From positions 1 through 28,869 of the forward strand of contig JANPEF010000159.1 of assembly GCA_031431875.1 (NCBI GenBank): 28,869 nt of DNA, in the 5' to 3' direction. Under the pieces are notes generated by a model, which had not been told where the DNA came from, ran no database searches, and saw nothing but the letters and a program-made list of their open reading frames with translations. The stretch is from Candidatus Eiseniibacteriota bacterium. Lineage in GTDB: Bacteria > Eisenbacteria > RBG-16-71-46 > DASYSL01. Shown piece after piece: positions 18,226 to 26,457 of the stretch; position 1 is the first letter of the stretch, and every line of letters begins with the position of its first letter. The position numbers were made by a program, and so were the translations under genes.

Positions 18226-19328
18226 GCGGCGGTTTCCTCCCGGGCGGCGAGCACAGCCTCGACCAGCGGCGCCACGCCGTAGCGGACCGGGTCGGTGACG
18301 GGCAGGCCGAGCGCCTTCGCCTGGCCCGCGAGCGCGAAGCGCGCCGCGTCATCGTCGAGATCGAACGTGGCGATCGCGCCGGCGACGACGCGGCCGGGCC
18401 GGATCGGCGCGAGCGCGTCCTCGTAGCGGCGGACCAACTCGGCGAGCGGCGGGATCGCCACGTCGCCGTGGCGAATGCGCCGGCGCGTCGCCTGGTGGCA
18501 GAGGATCATCGAGTGCGGCAGCGCGCCGTGCAGCAGCGACAGCGTCACGCCGGCGTACCCGGGGTGCAACAGCGAGCCCTGCCCCTCGACGATCACGACC
18601 TCGTGTCCCACCGCCGCTTCGAGCACCAGCGCCTCGGCCGCACCCGCGGTGAAGTCCGCGATCACGCGATCGATGGCGAGGCCGCGACCGGCGAGCAGGA
18701 TCCCCGTCTGCCCGGTGGCGACGAACGCCGAGCGAACGCCCCTCGCCATTAGCGCGCGGTGCAACTCCCAGGCGGTGGTCATCTTTCCGCTGTTGCAGTC
18801 GGAGCCGACGGTGAGCACGACGTGCGCCGCGACGCCGCGCACGCGCGCGGCGGCGACGGGCAGATCGGTCGGCACGGCGCGCAGGTCGACGAGGCGGCGG
18901 CCCCGCGCGGCCGCACGCGCGGCCAGTTCCGGATCGTCGGCGAGGAAGGTGTGCAGGCCCGCCCACAGGTCGAGCCCCGCATCGAGCGCCGCCAGGAGCA
19001 CGCCGCGCCAGGCGTCGGGCAGGCGGCCGCCCACCGGCGCGATGCCGACGAGCAGCGCGTCGGGCGCGTGCGCGAGAGCCTCCTCGAGCCTGCCGACGAC
19101 CGGGATCGCGCCACCGAAGCCGAGCGCGTCCTCCGCGGTCGTGCCGGCGCGGGTCGAATCGAGCAGCACCGCAACCGCCTCGGGGGCGTAGCGCAGCAGC
19201 GCCACGGCGGTCTTCGCGTCGAGAACGCCGAGCGAACCCTCGACCAGCACCACGAAGCGGCGGCGACCGCGCTCGGCGACGAGCGCGATCGGCCCGTCCG
19301 CCACGTCCCCCGCGCGCGCGTCGCTCAT
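18222..19328 (-). CDS. DUF1611 family protein (DgcN-like N-acetyltransferase)
   Basis: KTA..LLRY, GLH, TVGSDCNSGKMTT, ATGQTG, EGQGSLLHPGY; ATGA overlaps with both neighbours. Confidence 0.88.
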   Translation of the reverse strand: MSDARAGDVADGPIALVAERGRRRFVVLVEGSLGVLDAKTAVALLRYAPEAVAVLLDSTRAGTTAEDALGFGGAIPVVGRLEEALAHAPDALLVGIAPVGGRLPDAWRGVLLAALDAGLDLWAGLHTFLADDPELAARAAARGRRLVDLRAVPTDLPVAAARVRGVAAHVVLTVGSDCNSGKMTTAWELHRALMARGVRSAFVATGQTGILLAGRGLAIDRVIADFTAGAAEALVLEAAVGHEVVIVEGQGSLLHPGYAGVTLSLLHGALPHSMILCHQATRRRIRHGDVAIPPLAELVRRYEDALAPIRPGRVVAGAIATFDLDDDAARFALAGQAKALGLPVTDPVRYGVAPLVEAVLAAREETAA

Positions 19329-20530
19329 CGGCACAGGCCGCCGTAGACGGCGCGGTAGCGTTCGACCACGCGATCGACGTGGAAGTCGGAGACGGCGCGC
19401 GCGCGCGCCGCCCGGCCGACGCGGCGATGGAGGCGGTCGTCCTCGAGCACGCGCAGCGAGGCGCGCACGAACGCGTCGAGGTCGTTCGGCTCGACGAGGA
19501 AGCCGCTCACGCCATCGGTGACCAGCTCGGGCAACCCGCCGACGCGCGAGGCGATGACCGGAACCCCTGCCGCCATCGCCTCGAGCGCGACGAGCCCGAA
19601 GGACTCGGTCGACGACGGCAGCAGCAGCAGGTCGGCCAGGGGCAGCAACTCCTCCATGACCTCCTGGTTGCCGAGGAACAATACGTGTTTGCCGACGCCG
19701 AGATGCCGGGCCAATTCCTCGGCCCGCGGCTTGTCGGGGCCGTCACCGACCATGACCAGCCGCGCGTCCATCCGCTCGTGCACCGCGGCGAAGATGCGCA
19801 CCACGGTCTCGACGTTCTTCACCGGGCGGAAGTTCGAGGCGTGCATCAGCACGCGCGCTCCTGCCGGCGCGAGCACCGGCGGGCGGTGGCGGCGCGGCGC
19901 GAAGATCTCGGGATCGACGAAGTTCGGGATCACCTCGATCGGCTTGTGCACGCCGAGCGTGTCGATCGTCGCCGTGCGCAGCGCCTCGCTCACTGCGGTC
20001 ACCCGGTCCGACGACTCGATCGTGAACTTGGTCATGCGCAACAGCGCCGGCTGCTGGCCGACGATCGTGATGTCCGTGCCGTGCAGGGTCGTCACCACCG
20101 GCAGGCGGGCGGGGGCGACCAGGTGCTTGGCGAGGAAGGCCGAGGCGGCGAACGGCATCGCATAATGGACGTGCAGCACGTCGAGATCCTGCGTCTCGGC
20201 GACCTCCGCCATCTTGGTCGCCAGCGCGAGCGCCAGCGGCGGCGCGTGCTGGAACAGCGGGTAGGACTCGAGCACGACCTCGTGGAAGAAGATGTTGCGC
20301 TCGAACGTCGGGAGGCGATACGGCAGCGACGTCGAGATGAAGTGCACCTGGTCACCGCGGCGGGCCAGCCGCCGGCCGAGTTCGGTGGCCACGATGCCCG
20401 AGCCGCCGAATGTCGGGTAGCAGGTGATGCCGACGTTGAGCGGCTTGCCGCGCCGCTTGGCGGCGGCGGGCGGCTTCTGCTTCGCCTTCGCCTTCGCCTT
20501 CACCGTGGAACGCAGCGGGCGCGCCGTCAC
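19325..20530 (-). CDS. bshA: N-acetyl-alpha-D-glucosaminyl L-malate synthase
   Basis: GITCYPTFGGSGIVATELG, YPLFQH, HVHYAMP, TTLHGTDIT, HASNFRPVKN and ESFGLVALEAMA are BshA signatures. Confidence 0.93.
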   Translation of the reverse strand: MTARPLRSTVKAKAKAKQKPPAAAKRRGKPLNVGITCYPTFGGSGIVATELGRRLARRGDQVHFISTSLPYRLPTFERNIFFHEVVLESYPLFQHAPPLALALATKMAEVAETQDLDVLHVHYAMPFAASAFLAKHLVAPARLPVVTTLHGTDITIVGQQPALLRMTKFTIESSDRVTAVSEALRTATIDTLGVHKPIEVIPNFVDPEIFAPRRHRPPVLAPAGARVLMHASNFRPVKNVETVVRIFAAVHERMDARLVMVGDGPDKPRAEELARHLGVGKHVLFLGNQEVMEELLPLADLLLLPSSTESFGLVALEAMAAGVPVIASRVGGLPELVTDGVSGFLVEPNDLDAFVRASLRVLEDDRLHRRVGRAARARAVSDFHVDRVVERYRAVYGGLCR

Positions 20531-21309
20531 GCGGTCGGCCCCCCGGCGAACCCGCCCGGGCCGAAGAGCCCGCCCAGCGGTCCCGACCACACGAGCCCAC
20601 CGGCGTGCACCAGGCCCTCCGCGTGCTCCACGCCGGCGAGCTCGCCGAGACGGCGCGCCCTTGCCTCGACCGCGGCAAGGAACCCCGGGCGATTGAGCCG
20701 CGTCGCCGGGCCGTCGGCGGGCGCGAACTGCGAGCCGTAGCACTCGAGCGCGGCGCGCTTGGCGGCGAAGCCTGCGCTCACGTCGACCAGGATGCCCGAG
20801 CCGTGCGCGGCAAAGCCCGCCGCGCGACCGCCCGCCTCGGGCCAGTCGAACAGCAGGCCACGCGCGCGATGGCGCTCCCCCTCCGCGGCGTAGCCGCCGA
20901 CATGGGCGAAGTACAGCGCGCGCTCGAGCAGGCGTCCTCCCTCGCGATGATCGGGATGCGGGTCCTCGGGATGCGGCGCCAGCACCCAGCGCGGGCGCAC
21001 GCGCCGCACCAGCGCGACGACTGCGGCAACCTGCGTCGGGTCACCCGAATGGACGCCGGTGTCGGGGAGCCCGGCGTTCAGGCGCTCGGCCAGGCCGAGC
21101 GCGCGCGCCGCGGCGGTCGCCTCGAACTGCCGCGTCTCGGGTGTGCCGCGGGTGGCCCGCTCGCCGCGCGTGAGGTCGAGCCCGACGACGACGAGGCCGT
21201 CGCGCGCCGCGGTCGCGGCGATGCCGCCGAAGTGCAGCTCGAGATCGTCGGGATGCGCGCCCACCACCAGCAGGTCGGCACCGAAGTCAGCGCCTGCGGA
21301 ACGGCTCAT
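20527..21309 (-). CDS. bshB1: GlcNAc-Mal deacetylase (PIG-L/LmbE family)
   Basis: GAHPDDLE, DLTRGE...GT..TR..E, HPDH, YGSQF; lies between bshC and bshA. Confidence 0.85.
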   Translation of the reverse strand: MSRSAGADFGADLLVVGAHPDDLELHFGGIAATAARDGLVVVGLDLTRGERATRGTPETRQFEATAAARALGLAERLNAGLPDTGVHSGDPTQVAAVVALVRRVRPRWVLAPHPEDPHPDHREGGRLLERALYFAHVGGYAAEGERHRARGLLFDWPEAGGRAAGFAAHGSGILVDVSAGFAAKRAALECYGSQFAPADGPATRLNRPGFLAAVEARARRLGELAGVEHAEGLVHAGGLVWSGPLGGLFGPGGFAGGPTA

Positions 21310-22949
21310 GCGTCCTCCCCGATCGCCAGCACTTCGTGGCCCAGCGGCCGTCCGGCCAGCAGGTCGTCGACGTGTGCGGCCGCACGCTCGCGCGCCAGAG
21401 CCTCGACCCCCTGGCCGCCGCGCGCGATCGGATCGAGCCACGCGAGCGTGCGCTCCTGCAAGCGCTGGTGCGGCTTCAGATACGACGCGAAGTGCGGGTG
21501 CGACGGGTGCTCGCGCTTCCACCGCCGGCGCGCCTTCTTGACGAAGCCCGCCTCGAGCCGCGCCAGTCGCCAGTCGAGCCGCGCCGCCGTGGCGCGCACG
21601 AACTCGGGCAGCGACGCGTCGAGGGCGCGCGACTCGTCGCCGGCGCGGGCGAGCTCGGCGCGCGCGTGCGTGCGCAACGCGCCGACCGTGCGCGACAGCT
21701 CCGCCGGCACGCCCGCGGCGAAGAACGCGGCGAGCGCCCCGTCGGGATCCCGCACCAGCGCCTCGACGGGCACGCCAGCGGCAGCGGCCGCTGCCGCCGC
21801 CGGCGCGGGCAGCCACGTGGCGCTGAAGCGCGGGACGACGATCGACATCGGCGTCGCCAGCGCCTGCGCCGCGGCGGCGACCTGCGCCAGGTAGGCGACC
21901 TCGCCCGGTCCCGCGACGAGGCCGAGCGACGGCAGAACGAAGTCCTGCGCCAGCGGGCGCAACAGCGCACCAGGCATCAGCGCGTGGCTTCCCGCCGCGA
22001 CCCGCGCGGCCGCGACCGTCTCCACGCGGCGTCGCCCCACGCCCTCGGCCGCGAACAAAGCGAACTCGGTCTGCGCCGGCTGGAAGCCGCGCGGCAGGTC
22101 CATGCGCTCGACCGCGTCCCCGGCCGCGTTTGCCGCATCGCGCACTGCCTCATGCCGCTCGGCGTAGCGCGCGTAGAGCGGACGTGCGGCGTCCCGGAAT
22201 GCAGGCAGGCGCGGGTCGAGCACGACAAGCCCCTCCACGGCGAAGGCGCGGAGGAAGAGCCTGGAGACGAAATCGCCGAGGTCGCCGGGATCCGCGACAG
22301 GTGGGACGGCGACGACGGCCGGACCGAGCAATGCAAGCACGCGCTCGAAGCCGGGCAGCGTTGCCCACGAGTCGAGCGCCGCACGCCACACGAGTTGCGC
22401 GGCGGCCGCCGGCAGGTTGCCGACCAGTCGCGACGCCTCGCGCCTGGGCGGCTCGAGAATCCTTTGCGCCTGCGGCGCAAGATCGGGCCCCGCCCACGCG
22501 CTGCCGGCGATCTCGGCGACGTCGTCGTCCTCGGTCGCATTCCAGAACACGGGGACGACCGGCGTGCGCAGCCGCGCCGTGAGCGCGCGGGCAAGCGCGA
22601 CGGTGGCCAGCGTCTTGTGGAAGCTGTAGAGCGGTCCGCCCAGCGGCGCGGGCTGCTGCCCGGTGACGACGCAGAGCGCGCGCCCTTCGACCAGCGCACG
22701 CACGCTGTCGAGGCTCGCGGTCGATGCGCCGAGTCGCTCGTGCAGGGCGATCAGCTCGCCGCGCAACGGCGGCGCGAGCCGGTGTCCGGCGCGCGCGGAC
22801 GCCAGCGCACTCCAGTCATCGGCCCGATCGTAGAGGCGTGAAAACGAGGCCCGGAACGGATGCTCCGGCGTGGTGTAGGCGGCCATCACGGCACCGAGCG
22901 GGCGCCCGGCGACCAGGTCGATCCGGCCGCGCACGGCGACGGCGGTCAT
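21306..22949 (-). CDS. bshC: Bacillithiol biosynthesis cysteine-adding enzyme
   Basis: 547 aa; VVTGQQP..GGPLYSFHK, PVFW..ED.D..EI, LLRPLAQD..LP, GPGEVAY, coiled-coil region, LQER. Confidence 0.85.
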   Translation of the reverse strand: MTAVAVRGRIDLVAGRPLGAVMAAYTTPEHPFRASFSRLYDRADDWSALASARAGHRLAPPLRGELIALHERLGASTASLDSVRALVEGRALCVVTGQQPAPLGGPLYSFHKTLATVALARALTARLRTPVVPVFWNATEDDDVAEIAGSAWAGPDLAPQAQRILEPPRREASRLVGNLPAAAAQLVWRAALDSWATLPGFERVLALLGPAVVAVPPVADPGDLGDFVSRLFLRAFAVEGLVVLDPRLPAFRDAARPLYARYAERHEAVRDAANAAGDAVERMDLPRGFQPAQTEFALFAAEGVGRRRVETVAAARVAAGSHALMPGALLRPLAQDFVLPSLGLVAGPGEVAYLAQVAAAAQALATPMSIVVPRFSATWLPAPAAAAAAAAGVPVEALVRDPDGALAAFFAAGVPAELSRTVGALRTHARAELARAGDESRALDASLPEFVRATAARLDWRLARLEAGFVKKARRRWKREHPSHPHFASYLKPHQRLQERTLAWLDPIARGGQGVEALARERAAAHVDDLLAGRPLGHEVLAIGEDA

Positions 22950-23542
22950 GCGCCCCCCCGTCCGAGCACGCGGCCGCGACGCTCGGCCTGGCGCACCTCG
23001 GCGGGACTCGCGCCCACGCGAACCGCGCCACGGCGGTGGGCATCGAGCTGGCGGTCCCAACCCAGCGCGGCCAGGGCCGCGACGGTACACAGCTCGCGCT
23101 CGACGACGGCGAGGCCCGGCCGCGACAGGACGCGGCCGTACCCGCCGTCGATCATCCAGCGGTCGAGATCGGGCGAGAGCGTGCGCATGAATCCCCGCAG
23201 TCGGTGGTACTCGGGACCGTAGACCCGGGCGCACAGGCGCACTCCCCGGGTGTGCGGCGATGCCGCCCCGTGGGATGCGCCGACCGGGGCACGTCGTGCG
23301 CGCGACGAGGCGGGCGCGGCCGCGCGCAGGGCACGCAGGAACTCGATCGACGAAGGGAAGCCGGCATAGAGGTGGAGCATGAGGCCGAGTTCGGCCAGCG
23401 CCCGCGTCGGCACGCCCGCAGCCCGGGCGCGGGCCAGGGAGGACGCGAGCGGGCGATCCGGCGCGACCGCCCGGGCGGCAAGGTCGGCGAGCAGGCGGCG
23501 GCGCGCGAGGCGCCGGGGGCTCGTGCGGGGCGGGCGGGGCAC
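22946..23542 (-). CDS. Carboxymuconolactone decarboxylase (CMD/AhpD-like) family protein
   Basis: LYAGFP and YGRVLSRPGL...RELCTVAALAALG...QL.AH..GA.R.G; no CxxC; the GTG at 23542 is supported by promoter spacing. Confidence 0.8.
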   Translation of the reverse strand: MPRPPRTSPRRLARRRLLADLAARAVAPDRPLASSLARARAAGVPTRALAELGLMLHLYAGFPSSIEFLRALRAAAPASSRARRAPVGASHGAASPHTRGVRLCARVYGPEYHRLRGFMRTLSPDLDRWMIDGGYGRVLSRPGLAVVERELCTVAALAALGWDRQLDAHRRGAVRVGASPAEVRQAERRGRVLGRGGA

Positions 23543-23577
23543 GGCGCGACTGTGCCCGCCGAACCCGGCTAAGTCAA
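23543..23577 (-). promoter_or_regulatory. Putative leaderless promoter of the CMD-bsh operon
   Basis: TTGACT (23577-23572), 17 nt, CACAGT (23554-23549), 6 nt, GTG (23542). Confidence 0.6.
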
Positions 23578-23621
23578 GCTCGACCCGGCACTTCCGCCCG
23601 CACAGGGGCGTCCGATCCGAC

Positions 23622-23657
23622 TTGACGAACCCGCCATGGTCCGGCCATGGTCCGGCC
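23622..23657 (+). promoter_or_regulatory. Putative leaderless promoter of the antiporter gene
   Basis: TTGACG (23622-23627), 18 nt, CATGGT (23646-23651), 6 nt, ATG (23658). Confidence 0.5.
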
Positions 23658-23660
23658 ATG
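23633..23660 (+). repeat. 11-bp tandem repeat GCCATGGTCCG, about 2.5 copies
   Basis: GCCATGGTCCG at 23633-23643 and 23644-23654, then GCCATG at 23655-23660. Confidence 0.9.
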
Positions 23661-24827
23661 CTTGATCCTGGACAGTTGCCCCCCGAAGAAGCGCGGGCGC
23701 GCGCGCTCGCCTCCCTGTGGACCTTCCCCGGCGTCCTGTTCTCGGCCTTCATCATCGGCTGGGGCGCCGAGGCCGCCCAGTTCCTCGTCTCGCGCGGCCT
23801 GGCGCTGGCGCTTCTCGCCTGGCTGCAGACCCTGCCCGAGTTCGCCGTCGAGGCGGTGATCGCCTGGCACCGCGACATCCCGCTGATGACCGCGAACTTC
23901 ACCGGCTCGCTGCGCCTGCTGACCGGCGTCGCGTGGCCGCTGATCTATTTCACCGCGGCGTGGACGGCGCGAAAGAACGGCGTGAGGAACTTCAAGGTGC
24001 GCCTGCACCCCGAGGACTCGATCGGCGTCATCTCCCTCTTGCCGCCGCTCCTCTACTTCCTGTGGATCTGGTACAAGGCGTCGCTCACGCTCGTCGACTC
24101 GGCGATCCTGCTCGCGCTCTACGCGGCGTACCTGTGGGCACTCATGCGCATGCCGCCCGAGGACCTGGAGCAGGTCTCCGACCTGCCGGCGGTCCCGCGC
24201 AAGATGCTCAGCTTCCCCTCGCCGTGGAAGGGTCTCGCCGTGCTCGGGCTGTTCGTCGGCGGCGGGCTGATCCTGTTCTTCGTCGCCCACCCATTCCTCA
24301 ACTCGATGCTGGCGCTCGCCGTGTCGCTGGGCGTGTCGCAGTTCGCATTCGTGCAGTGGGTGTCGCCATTCCTCTCGGAGTTCCCCGAGAAGGTGACCGC
24401 CTTCAACTGGGCGCGCAAGCTCGACAAGGCGCCGATGGCGCTGATGAACATGGTCTCGTCGAACGTCAACCAGTGGACTGTCCTGGTCGCCATGATCCCG
24501 ATGGTCTACTGCTGGTCGCTGGGGCACGTCGAAGCGATCCCGTTCGACGCCCACCAGCGCCAGGAGATCCTGCTCACCATCGCGCAGGGTTTCCTCGGCC
24601 TGTTCCTGCTGATCAACCTCGAGTTCGCGTGGTACGAGGCGGTGGGTCTGTTCGTGCTGTGGCTCTACCAGTTCCTGTTCCCGGGCTCGCACGAGTTCGT
24701 CACCGCGCTCTACTTCGGCTGGTGCGGGATCGAGATCGTGCGCCACCTGCTGGGACGCCGGCCGCGCACGGCGTTCCGTGTGCTCCCCGAGTTGCTCCGG
24801 CACGGGCGCCTGCGCAAACGCCCGTAG
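23658..24827 (+). CDS. Sodium:calcium antiporter (CaCA superfamily)-like membrane protein
   Basis: About 10 TM helices with two alpha-repeat-like motifs (QTLPEFAVE...ANFTGS and SEFPEK...MNMVSSNVNQWT). Confidence 0.8.
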   Translation: MLDPGQLPPEEARARALASLWTFPGVLFSAFIIGWGAEAAQFLVSRGLALALLAWLQTLPEFAVEAVIAWHRDIPLMTANFTGSLRLLTGVAWPLIYFTAAWTARKNGVRNFKVRLHPEDSIGVISLLPPLLYFLWIWYKASLTLVDSAILLALYAAYLWALMRMPPEDLEQVSDLPAVPRKMLSFPSPWKGLAVLGLFVGGGLILFFVAHPFLNSMLALAVSLGVSQFAFVQWVSPFLSEFPEKVTAFNWARKLDKAPMALMNMVSSNVNQWTVLVAMIPMVYCWSLGHVEAIPFDAHQRQEILLTIAQGFLGLFLLINLEFAWYEAVGLFVLWLYQFLFPGSHEFVTALYFGWCGIEIVRHLLGRRPRTAFRVLPELLRHGRLRKRP

Positions 24828-24834
24828 GCTCCGC

Positions 24835-26457
24835 CTAGCCCCGCCCGACCCCGAGCCGGCGCAGCAACCCGCCGCACGCAGCCTCCAGTTCGGGCAGCTC
24901 GGCGACGCGCGTCACGCGGTAGAGCGCCCACGTGATCCCGAGCCCGATCACCATGCCGCCGCCCACGACGGCGGCCGCACCCGCGAAGCTCTCCCGCCAC
25001 GACGCCTCGGTCAGGCCGACGAGCCCGCGCACGGCCAGCGCCATCGCCGCCGAGGGCAGCGCGGTGCGCGTGAGCGTCGAGACGAGCGCGCGACCCTCGA
25101 ACCGCCCGAGTCGGCGCCGCAACGCCCAGGACAGCTGCCCGAAGTTGAACAGCATCGTGAGCGACGTCGACAGCGCGAGACCAACGTGGCCGAGCGGTCC
25201 CATCAGGAGCAGGTTGCCGCCCAGGTTCACCGCCACCGAGAGGAAGCTGGCGCGCACCGGCGTCTTCGTGTCGCCCAGCGCGTAGAACGCCGGCACCAGG
25301 ATCTTGACCGCGGCGTAGGCGCACAGCCCCACGCAGTACGCCGCCAGCGCAGCCGCCGTGCGATCGGTGTCGGCCGCGTTGAAGCGCCCGCGCTCGTAGA
25401 GCAGGCGCACCAGCGGCCCGGCCAGCGCCCACAGCCCGAACGTGGCCGGCAGCGTGAGCGCGAACACCAGGCGCACCGCACCGGCCAGCGTGGCTCGCAA
25501 TCCGCGCATGTCCCCCGCCACGGCGTGGCGCGAGACCGCGGGCAGCGACACGGTGGCGAGCGCGACGCCGAACACGCCGATCGGCAGCTGCATCAGGCGG
25601 AACGCGTACGCCAGCCACGACACCGAGCCCTCGACCAGCGTCGAGGCGAGGATCGTGTTGACGAACAGGTTGAGCTGCGTGGCCGCGAGGCCGATGGTCG
25701 CCGGCACCATGAGTGTGGCGATGCGCTTGACGCCGGGGTCGGTGAGGACGGGCGGCCAGGCGGGACGGAAGCCCATCGCCCACAGCGTGGGCAGCTGCAC
25801 CGCGAACTGCAGGAAGCCGCCCAGCAGCACCCCGAACGCCATGGCGAGGATCGGCGGCCGCCCCGCCGCCTGGAACACGGGGATGAGCGCCAGGCCGCCG
25901 ACGATCATGCCGACGTTGAGGAACACCGGCGCGAGCGCGGGCACGGTGAACTTCCGCACGGCGTTCAGCATGCCCATCACCGCGGCGGCGAGCGCGACGA
26001 AGAGCAGGAACGGCAGCATGATCCGCGACAGCTCGATGGTGAGCTCGAGCTTTCCCGGCTCGTCAGCGAAACCGGGCGCGAGCAATGGAACCAGCCACGG
26101 CGTGATGAACCAGCCCACCACGGTGAGCAGCGCCAGCGAGATCGCCAGCGCGTTCAGGACCTGCGCGCCCAGCCGCCAGGCGCGCTCGCGCCCCTGGCGG
26201 TGATCGGCCTCGGTGAACGTGGGAACGAACGCGGCCGACAGCGCTCCCTCGGCGAACAGGTCGCGCAGCAGGTTTGGCACGCGGAACGCGACGTTGAATG
26301 CGTCGGTCTGCATCCCGGCGCCGAACCAGGCGGCCATCACCTGCTCGCGCGCGAGCCCCAGCAGGCGCGACGCCATGGTGGCGAGCGACACCTTTCCCGC
26401 CGCCGCGGCGACGCGCGTTGACCCGACTTCGTCGTTTCGGTTAGCGTGCGACGTCAT
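24835..26457 (-). CDS. murJ: Lipid II flippase MurJ (MviN)
   Basis: SRLLGLARE, DAFNVAFRVPNLLRDLFAEGALSAAFVP, YAFRLMQLPIGVFG, AFYALGDTKTP. Confidence 0.96.
   Translation of the reverse strand: MTSHANRNDEVGSTRVAAAAGKVSLATMASRLLGLAREQVMAAWFGAGMQTDAFNVAFRVPNLLRDLFAEGALSAAFVPTFTEADHRQGRERAWRLGAQVLNALAISLALLTVVGWFITPWLVPLLAPGFADEPGKLELTIELSRIMLPFLLFVALAAAVMGMLNAVRKFTVPALAPVFLNVGMIVGGLALIPVFQAAGRPPILAMAFGVLLGGFLQFAVQLPTLWAMGFRPAWPPVLTDPGVKRIATLMVPATIGLAATQLNLFVNTILASTLVEGSVSWLAYAFRLMQLPIGVFGVALATVSLPAVSRHAVAGDMRGLRATLAGAVRLVFALTLPATFGLWALAGPLVRLLYERGRFNAADTDRTAAALAAYCVGLCAYAAVKILVPAFYALGDTKTPVRASFLSVAVNLGGNLLLMGPLGHVGLALSTSLTMLFNFGQLSWALRRRLGRFEGRALVSTLTRTALPSAAMALAVRGLVGLTEASWRESFAGAAAVVGGGMVIGLGITWALYRVTRVAELPELEAACGGLLRRLGVGRG
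26418..26447 (+). promoter_or_regulatory. Putative promoter for uppP, inside the murJ 5' coding region
   Basis: TTGACC (26418-26423), 18 nt, TAGCGT (26442-26447), 8 nt, ATG (26456). Confidence 0.5.
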
